Below, one piece after another: positions 56,801 through 64,000 of a stretch of DNA of 64,000 nucleotides. Within the stretch, counting starts at the first letter, position 1. The number at the start of each line of letters is the position of its first letter. The notes below the pieces were generated by a model. That model ran no database searches. It saw nothing but the letters and a program-made list of their open reading frames with translations, and had not been told where the DNA came from. Made by a program: the position numbers and the translations under genes. The DNA is from an uncultured Aquimarina sp. (GTDB lineage: Bacteria; Bacteroidota; Bacteroidia; Flavobacteriales; Flavobacteriaceae), in contig CANLCT010000013.1 of assembly GCA_947489195.1 (NCBI GenBank), positions 11,100 through 75,099 of the forward strand, read 5' to 3'.

Positions 56801-57472
56801 ATGCCAGATAAATTATACGCATATCGATTTGAATTATTTTTTTTTAGTCAGGTAATATTACTTTTCGGGTCTTTATTACCGATTCCAAATGAGGTTATAG
56901 AATCCATATTATTTCCATTCTCGGCAATTGTAAATAGTTTAACGGGGATCGTTTTGTTGCGATTCAAAAATAAATCTAAATGGTTTTTAGTTGTCTTATT
57001 TTTTATCATAATAACACTTTATATAGCGCAATCTACAAATGCCTTAAACTCTGGGGTAATAGGTGTTTTATTAATGATAACTAATTTCATTTTTTACGGA
57101 ATCATTACGATCGAAATTATCGAACAAGTTTGGAATGCTATTTTAATAAATCAAAAAATTATTTTAGGCCTTATTAGTGGTTATTTATCCCTTGGACTAA
57201 TGGGTTTTTTTATTTGTATGTGTATTGAAAGTGCACATCCGGGTTCATTTAATGGAGTTACAATAGATGCTGCTCACCCAAATCTACTTACCGAAGACTT
57301 AATGTACTACAGTTATATTACTTTACTCACCATAGGTTATGGCGATATGTTACCAATTACGGCACTTGCAAAAAAGGCCGCAGTGCTTATTGGAATCATG
57401 GGGCAATTCTATTTGGTTATTATTACAGCCATAGTTGTGGGTAAGCTGTTAAATCAAAAAACAAAACAATAA
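56801..57472 (+). CDS. Potassium-channel-family membrane protein (pore only, no cytoplasmic gating domain)
   Basis: 223 aa, multi-TM, with the selectivity-filter signature 'LLTIGYGDMLP'. Confidence 0.75.
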   Translation: MPDKLYAYRFELFFFSQVILLFGSLLPIPNEVIESILFPFSAIVNSLTGIVLLRFKNKSKWFLVVLFFIIITLYIAQSTNALNSGVIGVLLMITNFIFYGIITIEIIEQVWNAILINQKIILGLISGYLSLGLMGFFICMCIESAHPGSFNGVTIDAAHPNLLTEDLMYYSYITLLTIGYGDMLPITALAKKAAVLIGIMGQFYLVIITAIVVGKLLNQKTKQ

Positions 57473-57476
57473 TCAT

Positions 57477-58679
57477 ATGAAAAAAACACTTTGTCTTAGT
57501 CTTTTTTTGATGGTTTTTGTGATGTACTCACAAAAGGAAGCTCCTGAAAAAATAGCTGATTTATACAAAAGATTAGGTGCTAAAACTAAAGGAAAATTTA
57601 ATAGCAATAATCATAAATTTTATCCAAAATTTTCTGCGACCTACTCTTATGGACTTAATTTTATAGGAGAAGACAACAAAGATCTTGCCCAAAAAGCAAA
57701 CTACTCTTCATTAGATTTTAGAGGAGGATATCAAACGATAGGGAATAATATTTACGATCAATTGTGGCGTTATCCCGAATGGGGAATTGGCTATTATAGT
57801 GCCGAACTTTTTAGTGATGGAATTTTAGGAAATCCTAATGCCGTATTTTTATATATCGATGTGCCTTTTTATAAATACAATACCCATCGAAAATGGAATT
57901 TCAGTTACAGTATTGGAGGAGGATTAAGCTTTAATTTTAGACCCAACAATCCTCAAGATAATCCTTTAAATACGCTTATTGGATCCTATAATAATGTATA
58001 TATCGATTTAGCTTTTTATGCAAATTATAGAATTAATAATAGCTTAAATGCAAAGATGGGTTTGAGTTTCGTCCATTTTAGTAATGGAGCAAGTGCGTTA
58101 CCAAATACAGGACTAAATTTAATTGGCCCAAAAGTAATTATACAACATAATTTAGTAAAAGAAGCTCCAGAAATTTTTGAACGAACAGATATTCCTAAAT
58201 GGGTGCCAAAACAGGGGTTATTTATTTATCAAGCTATAGGATCAAAACAAGTAATTGAAGGAGGAGAAAATTATCTAAATACAACCACTTCCTTAGCTTA
58301 CAAATATTGGTGGAAATATAAAGGACAGTGGATAGGACAACTCGATTTATTTTATGATGGTTCTAATAATTCGGGTTTAGGTGATCGCGATATTGTTCCC
58401 GCAAATGACAGAAATAGAAATTCTAATTTTTACAGTCTTGGAGCTTTTATAGGTTATGAAGCAATTTACAATCGATGGAGTTTTGTAAGTGGTTGGGGAA
58501 GGTATTTGTGGCGTAACTACGAATACACCAATAAAAATTACCAACGTTTCGGTATTCGTTACCGAATTTATGATGGATTAGTTATTGGAACAGGTTTAAA
58601 GGCTAGATCCTTTGCTGCCGATTATATTGAATGGTCTATCGGATACAATATTTTTAAATCTAAAAGGTCTAAAAAATGA
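57477..58679 (+). CDS. PagL-like acyloxyacyl hydrolase / lipid A deacylase-family outer-membrane protein (tentative)
   Basis: 400 aa with a signal peptide. 'SFVHFSNGASALPNTGLN' matches the H-x-S-N-G catalytic segment of the Bacteroidota acyloxyacyl-hydrolase family. Confidence 0.55.
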   Translation: MKKTLCLSLFLMVFVMYSQKEAPEKIADLYKRLGAKTKGKFNSNNHKFYPKFSATYSYGLNFIGEDNKDLAQKANYSSLDFRGGYQTIGNNIYDQLWRYPEWGIGYYSAELFSDGILGNPNAVFLYIDVPFYKYNTHRKWNFSYSIGGGLSFNFRPNNPQDNPLNTLIGSYNNVYIDLAFYANYRINNSLNAKMGLSFVHFSNGASALPNTGLNLIGPKVIIQHNLVKEAPEIFERTDIPKWVPKQGLFIYQAIGSKQVIEGGENYLNTTTSLAYKYWWKYKGQWIGQLDLFYDGSNNSGLGDRDIVPANDRNRNSNFYSLGAFIGYEAIYNRWSFVSGWGRYLWRNYEYTNKNYQRFGIRYRIYDGLVIGTGLKARSFAADYIEWSIGYNIFKSKRSKK

Positions 58680-59290
58680 AGAAAGCTCTTTTTGTAATTT
58701 GTTGTTCATTGTTTTTTATAAATAGTAACGTATATAGTCAAATATGGGTAGAGGTTTTTGGGGTGCAGTCATTTCCATCTAAAGATATTTTTGGAAGTGG
58801 TGTAATAACTGTAACACAAGAAGCTGTAGTAACCAATTTGAATGCTACAGAAATTAAAGAATCTGAGTTATTTAAAACCTTAGCTGACCCTTCATTTGGT
58901 ATTGGTTTTAATTGTCGTTATGCAAAATCAAAAACCGTTTTAGGTATTGAATTGAGTTATGTGAAATATAAAAAGGCTACTAATTTATTAGATATACAAA
59001 CGTTTAGAATAGGTCCTTTTGTTGAATATTATTTCCGTACAGATAAAAAGTTATTACCCTATGTAGGAGGAGAATTTAGCTTACAACAGTCAAGAGTAAG
59101 TTTTAATAGGAATATTGTAGATCAAATTAGGATTTCAGATACCAATGTAGGTGTTGGGCCTCGACTCGGTTTAGTTTATAATTTTAATAATAAATGGTCA
59201 ACCCGTTTGGGTACCAAATATGTTTTTACAAAAGATTTACCTTATTATGATGTTATGATTGGAGTGGCTTTTAATTTAGGTGATTTTTAA
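58676..59290 (+). CDS. Small outer-membrane beta-barrel protein (OMP_b-brl/OmpW-like)
   Basis: 204 aa with a 4-nt ATGA overlap with the upstream gene, a signal peptide, and a C-terminal 'VAFNLGDF' ending in Phe. Confidence 0.65.
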   Translation: MKKALFVICCSLFFINSNVYSQIWVEVFGVQSFPSKDIFGSGVITVTQEAVVTNLNATEIKESELFKTLADPSFGIGFNCRYAKSKTVLGIELSYVKYKKATNLLDIQTFRIGPFVEYYFRTDKKLLPYVGGEFSLQQSRVSFNRNIVDQIRISDTNVGVGPRLGLVYNFNNKWSTRLGTKYVFTKDLPYYDVMIGVAFNLGDF

Positions 59291-59513
59291 TGTTTTAAAT
59301 CCTGTTTTTTATTACAGATTTGATATAAGGTATTTGAACGCTTGTTTTAGTCAGTTCGAGTAAAAATAATTGTTGCTTTTTTATTTAATCATGATATTTA
59401 ATACACAAGAGATAACAGTTGTTTTGAATGAATGTCAAATGATCATAGGTTTAATGCTTTGATTTATTATAGTGTTTTTAGATTTTTTAATTAATTAATA
59501 ACTCATCAATTAA

Positions 59514-60113
59514 TTGAGATTCAAATACAAAATATTACCAAAAAAAGGAACACAATGGCGCACCATTGCAGTATTCTTTATTGCCTGTATTATTGGGCTG
59601 GGACTTTTTATGGCGAAAGAATCTGAAATCGTTTCCTATCTTGGAGATAACCCGCAAACCTGTGTTAATTGCCATGTAATGACGCCAGTTTATAATAGCT
59701 GGATGCATAGTTCACATAGGGAGGTAGCTACCTGTAATTCGTGCCACGTGCCACATGACAATATCGTTAATAAATACTATTTTAAAGCTAAAGATGGTTC
59801 CTACCATGCCTCTGTATTTACAATGCGAGCAGAACCTGATGTTATAAAAATGAAAGAAGCTTCTCAGCGTGTGGTTCAAGCAAATTGTATTCGCTGTCAC
59901 GTTCAGCAAGTAACTCAGGTAAAATATGATGGTTGGTTAGAGGATCATCGAGAAAATAGAACAAAAAGACAGTGCTGGAGCTGTCATGTAGAAATCCCAC
60001 ACGGGAAAAAGCAAGGAATTTCTACGGTAAAATACAATTTAGCACCGATACCTACAGACAAAGAAGGTGATGTAGTACCCGATTGGTTACAAAAAGAAAT
60101 AGAATCAAAATAA
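59514..60113 (+). CDS. nrfH: NrfH, membrane-anchored tetraheme cytochrome c (NapC/NirT family)
   Basis: 199 aa with an N-terminal TM and four CxxCH motifs (CVNCH, CNSCH, CIRCH, CWSCH). The only in-frame start is TTG 59514. Confidence 0.9.
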   Translation: MRFKYKILPKKGTQWRTIAVFFIACIIGLGLFMAKESEIVSYLGDNPQTCVNCHVMTPVYNSWMHSSHREVATCNSCHVPHDNIVNKYYFKAKDGSYHASVFTMRAEPDVIKMKEASQRVVQANCIRCHVQQVTQVKYDGWLEDHRENRTKRQCWSCHVEIPHGKKQGISTVKYNLAPIPTDKEGDVVPDWLQKEIESK

Positions 60114-60123
60114 ACACAGAATT

Positions 60124-61641
60124 ATGAAAAACAAGGTGTTATTTATAGTTACAATTGTCGTTGTCTTTTTATTAGGACTACTTGCATCAAGTATTATCAA
60201 TAGAAAGAGTGAAGCCAAGTATGCGTTTGTTCCTAAAGTTAGTATTGGTGAAAATGAGCCTAGAAATGAAGTATGGGGTTTAAATTACCCTAAAGAATAT
60301 CAATCTTCATTACAAACCTTAGACACTACATTTGCTTCTTTTCAAGGAGGGTCTCAAATGCGAGATGTATTAGAAGAAGATCCAAACTTAGTAGTGCTTT
60401 TTGCGGGTTATGGTTTTTCAAAAGATTACAATCAAGGTCGTGGTCATGGGTATGCTATTGAAGATATTAATAATTCACTAAGAACAGGAGGACCCAAAGG
60501 AAAAGGTGATGGACCAATGCCTGCTACTTGTTGGACGTGTAAAAGCCCAGATGTACCACGTTTAATGAATGAAATTGGTATTGCTGAATTCTACAAAGGG
60601 AAATGGGCAGACAAAGGAGCCGAAGTTGTAAACCCGATCGGTTGTGCAGATTGCCACGATCCAAATAGTATGAAATTACGCATTTCACGTCCTGCACTTG
60701 TGGAGGCTTTTGATGCTATGGGGAAAGACATTAATCAGGCTACACACAACGAAATGCGTTCTTTAGTATGTGCTCAGTGTCATGTAGAGTATTATTTTGA
60801 TAAAAAAATACCAGGAAAAGAAGGAGTTCCTTATCTAAAATTTCCATGGAAAAACGGAATGTCTGTTGAAGATATGGAGAAATATTATGATGATATCGCT
60901 TTTGCAGATTGGGAACATAAAATTTCAAAAACACCAATGCTAAAAGCACAGCATCCGGGTTATGAAACTTTTGTAACCGGAATTCATGCACAGCGAGGAG
61001 TTTCTTGTGCAGATTGTCACATGCCTTACAAAAGTGAAGGAGGTCAAAAATTTACAGATCATCATATACAATCGCCTCTAAACAATATGCAAAATGCTTG
61101 TCAGGTCTGTCATCGTGAAGAAGAAAGTAATTTATTTAAAAATGTATACGAGCGTCAACGTAAAGCCAACGAAACTAGATTAAAGTTAGAAGGCTTATTG
61201 GTGAAAGCACACATAGAGGCAGGTAAATGTTGGGAACTAGGAGCAAGTAAAGATCAAATGGCGCCTATTTTACAAGATATTCGTCATGCGCAATGGCGAT
61301 GGGATTATGGTGCAGCATCTCATGGAGCATCATTTCATTCTCCTGTAGAAACGGGACGTGTACTAGCTAGTGGTTTAGTTTTAGCCCAAGAAGCACGTGT
61401 GAAATTAGCACGTATGTTGGCTACTTTAGGTCATAATAAAGAGGTTCAAATGCCAGACATTACTACTAAAGAAAAAGCACAACACTACATTGGTTTGGAT
61501 ATGGAAAAGTTGCGATCAGAAAAAGCTGAATTTAAGAAATCATTATTGCCGAAATGGATGGAAGAAGCAGAAGCAAGAGAAGCCACTTATTCAGACGTCA
61601 AGGCAACAGCTATCGATGCAACAAATGCTATTTCTAAATAG
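60124..61641 (+). CDS. nrfA: NrfA, pentaheme cytochrome c nitrite reductase (ammonia-forming)
   Basis: 505 aa with the active-site CxxCK ('CWTCK') plus four CxxCH motifs (CADCH, CAQCH, CADCH, CQVCH). Confidence 0.95.
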   Translation: MKNKVLFIVTIVVVFLLGLLASSIINRKSEAKYAFVPKVSIGENEPRNEVWGLNYPKEYQSSLQTLDTTFASFQGGSQMRDVLEEDPNLVVLFAGYGFSKDYNQGRGHGYAIEDINNSLRTGGPKGKGDGPMPATCWTCKSPDVPRLMNEIGIAEFYKGKWADKGAEVVNPIGCADCHDPNSMKLRISRPALVEAFDAMGKDINQATHNEMRSLVCAQCHVEYYFDKKIPGKEGVPYLKFPWKNGMSVEDMEKYYDDIAFADWEHKISKTPMLKAQHPGYETFVTGIHAQRGVSCADCHMPYKSEGGQKFTDHHIQSPLNNMQNACQVCHREEESNLFKNVYERQRKANETRLKLEGLLVKAHIEAGKCWELGASKDQMAPILQDIRHAQWRWDYGAASHGASFHSPVETGRVLASGLVLAQEARVKLARMLATLGHNKEVQMPDITTKEKAQHYIGLDMEKLRSEKAEFKKSLLPKWMEEAEAREATYSDVKATAIDATNAISK

Positions 61642-61668
61642 AAATTAAAAATTTTGATATACTGTATT

Positions 61669-61700
61669 AAGATACCGTCTTTGTGTTGAGGTGGTATCTT
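61669..61700 (+). terminator. Hairpin + T-run between nrfA and the cytochrome c synthase gene (possible attenuating terminator)
   Basis: 8-bp arms, aagatacc (61669-61676) and ggtatctt (61693-61700), followed by ttttg. Confidence 0.45.
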
Positions 61701-61718
61701 TTTGTTTTAAAATGAGAT

Positions 61719-64000
61719 ATGAATAGACTTTACCGTATTTTTTCTTCTTCTAGCCTTGCCGTTTTGTTATTGTTGATTTACGCAATTTCAATGGCTGTAG
61801 CCACTTTTGTGGAAAATGATTATGGAACCGCAACTGCATGGAAGGTAATCTATAATGCCTGGTGGTTTGAAATGCTTATGGTTGGACTTGGGTTATCTTT
61901 TTTCTTAAATACTTTTAAATACAAACTATGGCGCAAAGAAAAATGGGCATTATTGCTATTTCATTTGGCTTTTATTGTCATTTTACTCGGTGCAGGAATA
62001 ACACGATATGCTTCTTATGGGGGTATTATGCGAATTAGAGAAGGAGCAAATTCAAATATCATTATATCTGAATCTAATTATTTAACAGCCAAAATTTCTG
62101 ATGGCACCACAACCAAAGTCATTCGAAAAAAGATAGCGTTTTCTCCAATAAGCAATAATGATTTTACACTCAATACAACTATCAAAGGTGCTTCTGTAGA
62201 AATAGCATATAATGACTTTATCGCAGATGCTATCCCACAGGTAAAAGAAGATTCTCCTAATGGAAAATCAATGATAGAAATGGTGGTTACAGCAGGAAAG
62301 GGACGTCAAAATTTATTCTTGGAAGACGGAGAAATTGAAGCAGTCGGAGCGCATCAACATTTAATAGGGTTTAATACAGAAAGGGAGGATATCATTAATA
62401 TTTCCGAAAAAAATGGAACACTTTTTATAAAGGCGCCTCGTGACTTGGGTAATTTTGTGATGGCTACACAAACTGCTAGTACGATTAAAAAAGATAGTTT
62501 ATATAAGTTAGCATTAAGAACACTATATCGTGACGGAGATGTCTCTTTTGTACCTATGATACATTACCCTAAAGGGGAATTAGAGTTGGTGAGTCTTGCC
62601 GATAAACCAAAAGATAATGATGAAATAAAAGATGATGCTGTAAAAGTAGATATTACCATAGGAAATAGTACCAAAACAGTTACCATGCTGTATCGAGATG
62701 GGTTTTTGCCAACTGAGCATGCAGTAAAAATGGATGATTTAGATATTACACTATCTTATGGAGCCGAAGCTATAGAAACGCCTTTTAAGGTAGCATTAAA
62801 TGATTTTCAATTAGAGCGCTATCCTGGCTCTACAAGTCCGTCTGCATATGCGAGTGAAGTTACAGTCATCGACAAAAACAAAAATATAGAAATGCCCTAT
62901 CGTATTTTTATGAATAACGTGTTAGATTATGGAGGTTATCGTTTTTATCAAGCAAGTTATGATACGGATGAAAAAGGGACTGTTTTAGCAGTTAATCACG
63001 ATGTATTGGGTACTAGAGTTACCTATTTTGGTTATTTGTTTATGGGACTGGGTATGTTTTTTACCTTGTTTGGAAAAAAATCTCGATTTGCTATTATTAA
63101 TAAGAAGTTGAAAAAGTTAAAGGCCAGTACTTTCATCTTTTTATTATTGCTGTTGCCTTTTTCTTCAGAAATAGTATCGCAAACATTGGATTGGGTTCCA
63201 ACAACTAATATCAATGTCGAGCAACAACGCATAGATAAAAGTCATGCCGAATTGTTTGGACGTTTATTAGTTCAAGATCTTGATGGACGTATAAAACCAA
63301 TAAATACATTAGCTTCTGAGTTTTTGAGAAAGCTTTCAAGAAAACCTTATTTTAAGTTAATTCAAAATGGAAAAACTTTTTCATTGGATGCCAACCAAGC
63401 TTTTTTGGCCATGCATGCAGACCCAAATACGTGGCAAGATATTCCGATTATTAAAGTCGATCTAAAAAAAGGGGGAGCGCTTTTTAAAAATTTACCGATA
63501 AGTGACAATGGACTTGTCCCATTTTCTGGATTTTTAGATAAAGACGAAGTATATCTTCTTGCTGAAGAAGTTGAAAAAGCAAACAAGAAAAAACCAGCTG
63601 AGCAGTCCGAGTTTGACAAAGAAGTGATTAAAGTAGATGAGCGCTTTAATATTTTATATAATGTGTTCTCTGGGAACTACTTAAAAATATTCCCAAATAG
63701 TAGAGATACTAACAATACATGGCATAGCTATTCACACGATTTTAAAGACTTTCCTTTAGAAGACGCACGTTTTGCGAAAGGGATTATCCCGAAATATTTT
63801 ACGGCATTATTGAAAAGAGATTATGAAAGTGCTTATGAAAGCTTGACTTACATTAAAAAGTTTCAAGAAGTTTTAGGAAAAGAAATCATCCCTAATAATA
63901 AGAGAATTGCTTCGGAGTTATGGTATAATGAATTGAACCTAAATTTTTGGCTCTTTCAAGTGTTCTTTACGTTAGGGTTTATTCTAATATTACAAGCAAT
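61719..64000 (+). CDS. Fused CcsBA/ResB-type system II cytochrome c synthase, NrfI-like (3' end outside the window)
   Basis: Absent from the ORF track because no stop occurs in the window. My reading from ATG 61719: 'MNRLYRIFSSSSLAVLLLLIYAISMAVATFVENDYGTATAWKVIYNAWWFEMLMVG...' (ResB-like N-terminus) and '...YGGYRFYQASYD...'. The frame stays open through 64000. Confidence 0.8.
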   Translation, partial: MNRLYRIFSSSSLAVLLLLIYAISMAVATFVENDYGTATAWKVIYNAWWFEMLMVGLGLSFFLNTFKYKLWRKEKWALLLFHLAFIVILLGAGITRYASYGGIMRIREGANSNIIISESNYLTAKISDGTTTKVIRKKIAFSPISNNDFTLNTTIKGASVEIAYNDFIADAIPQVKEDSPNGKSMIEMVVTAGKGRQNLFLEDGEIEAVGAHQHLIGFNTEREDIINISEKNGTLFIKAPRDLGNFVMATQTASTIKKDSLYKLALRTLYRDGDVSFVPMIHYPKGELELVSLADKPKDNDEIKDDAVKVDITIGNSTKTVTMLYRDGFLPTEHAVKMDDLDITLSYGAEAIETPFKVALNDFQLERYPGSTSPSAYASEVTVIDKNKNIEMPYRIFMNNVLDYGGYRFYQASYDTDEKGTVLAVNHDVLGTRVTYFGYLFMGLGMFFTLFGKKSRFAIINKKLKKLKASTFIFLLLLLPFSSEIVSQTLDWVPTTNINVEQQRIDKSHAELFGRLLVQDLDGRIKPINTLASEFLRKLSRKPYFKLIQNGKTFSLDANQAFLAMHADPNTWQDIPIIKVDLKKGGALFKNLPISDNGLVPFSGFLDKDEVYLLAEEVEKANKKKPAEQSEFDKEVIKVDERFNILYNVFSGNYLKIFPNSRDTNNTWHSYSHDFKDFPLEDARFAKGIIPKYFTALLKRDYESAYESLTYIKKFQEVLGKEIIPNNKRIASELWYNELNLNFWLFQVFFTLGFILILQA

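Noticed and set aside
63032-63619. Minus-strand track ORFs 63032..63232 and 63362..63619.
   Set aside because: They lie inside the long open plus-strand CcsBA/ResB-like frame that starts at 61719 and continues past the window end.
1-64000. CRISPR arrays, rRNA genes, intact tRNA genes and long tandem repeats.
   Set aside because: Reading through all intergenic regions, I found no regularly spaced direct repeats and no G+C-rich structured-RNA-like segments, apart from the tRNA 3' fragment at 44516. This was an eye scan only, so a proper repeat or tRNA search could still find small elements.

Overview
The window is visibly AT-rich (G+C not computed). Gene content and promoter style point to a Bacteroidota, Flavobacteriia-like chromosome; this taxonomic call is inference. 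I can support about 60 protein genes. There is no rRNA, no intact tRNA, no CRISPR array, and no intact mobile element or integrase.

Layout:
- (1) 1-13.7 kb: tail of a histidine kinase, a short HPF, corA, a YihY/BrkB protein, then a same-strand run of an HExxH protein, an HD + PycTM-like membrane protein, a GH3 adenylating enzyme and a 1238-aa metallophosphoesterase/Omp85 protein. Hsp20 and an AI-2E transporter follow.
- (2) 14-27 kb: three of four paralogous ~340-aa AraC-type regulators, each with different small cargo (PepSY-like protein, DUF748 pair). A minimal class-III-cyclase-like protein sits here too. A stress-type cluster follows: DJ-1/PfpI, YtxH, holin-X-like, cardiolipin synthase, DUF1328, PA2169-like, Dps, MscS and a second HPF.
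- (3) 30-39.5 kb: a dense sensory array made of a CHASE3-like kinase, an AraC-HTH + receiver pair, a translationally coupled PAS-kinase/bacteriophytochrome/receiver/heme-oxygenase operon, and the fourth AraC paralogue.
- (4) 39.8-44.6 kb: a decayed patch with a PycTM-like pseudogene carrying an in-frame TAA, a convergent CotH-kinase/PPP-like phosphoesterase pair, a 36-codon IS transposase remnant, a ROK kinase, and a tRNA-Met 3' half with its terminator (a possible att scar).
- (5) 44.9-59.3 kb: LytS/LytTR two-component genes followed by a tightly packed ten-gene envelope module. It holds an AraC-like protein, a TolC fused to a binding-protein-like domain, MFP, RND pump, lipoprotein, three outer-membrane barrels including a PagL-like one, and a K+-channel-like protein.
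- (6) 59.5-64 kb: nrfH-nrfA plus a fused CcsBA/NrfI-type cytochrome c synthase that runs off the window.

Nothing here is a recognisable complete defence system. The most interesting items are the orphan HD-PycTM protein with its pseudogenised paralogue, the cyclase-like DUF2652-type gene, the phytochrome array lying next to a stress-gene neighbourhood, and the extended RND/OMP/channel operon. All family assignments are from motif recognition by eye and need HMM confirmation.
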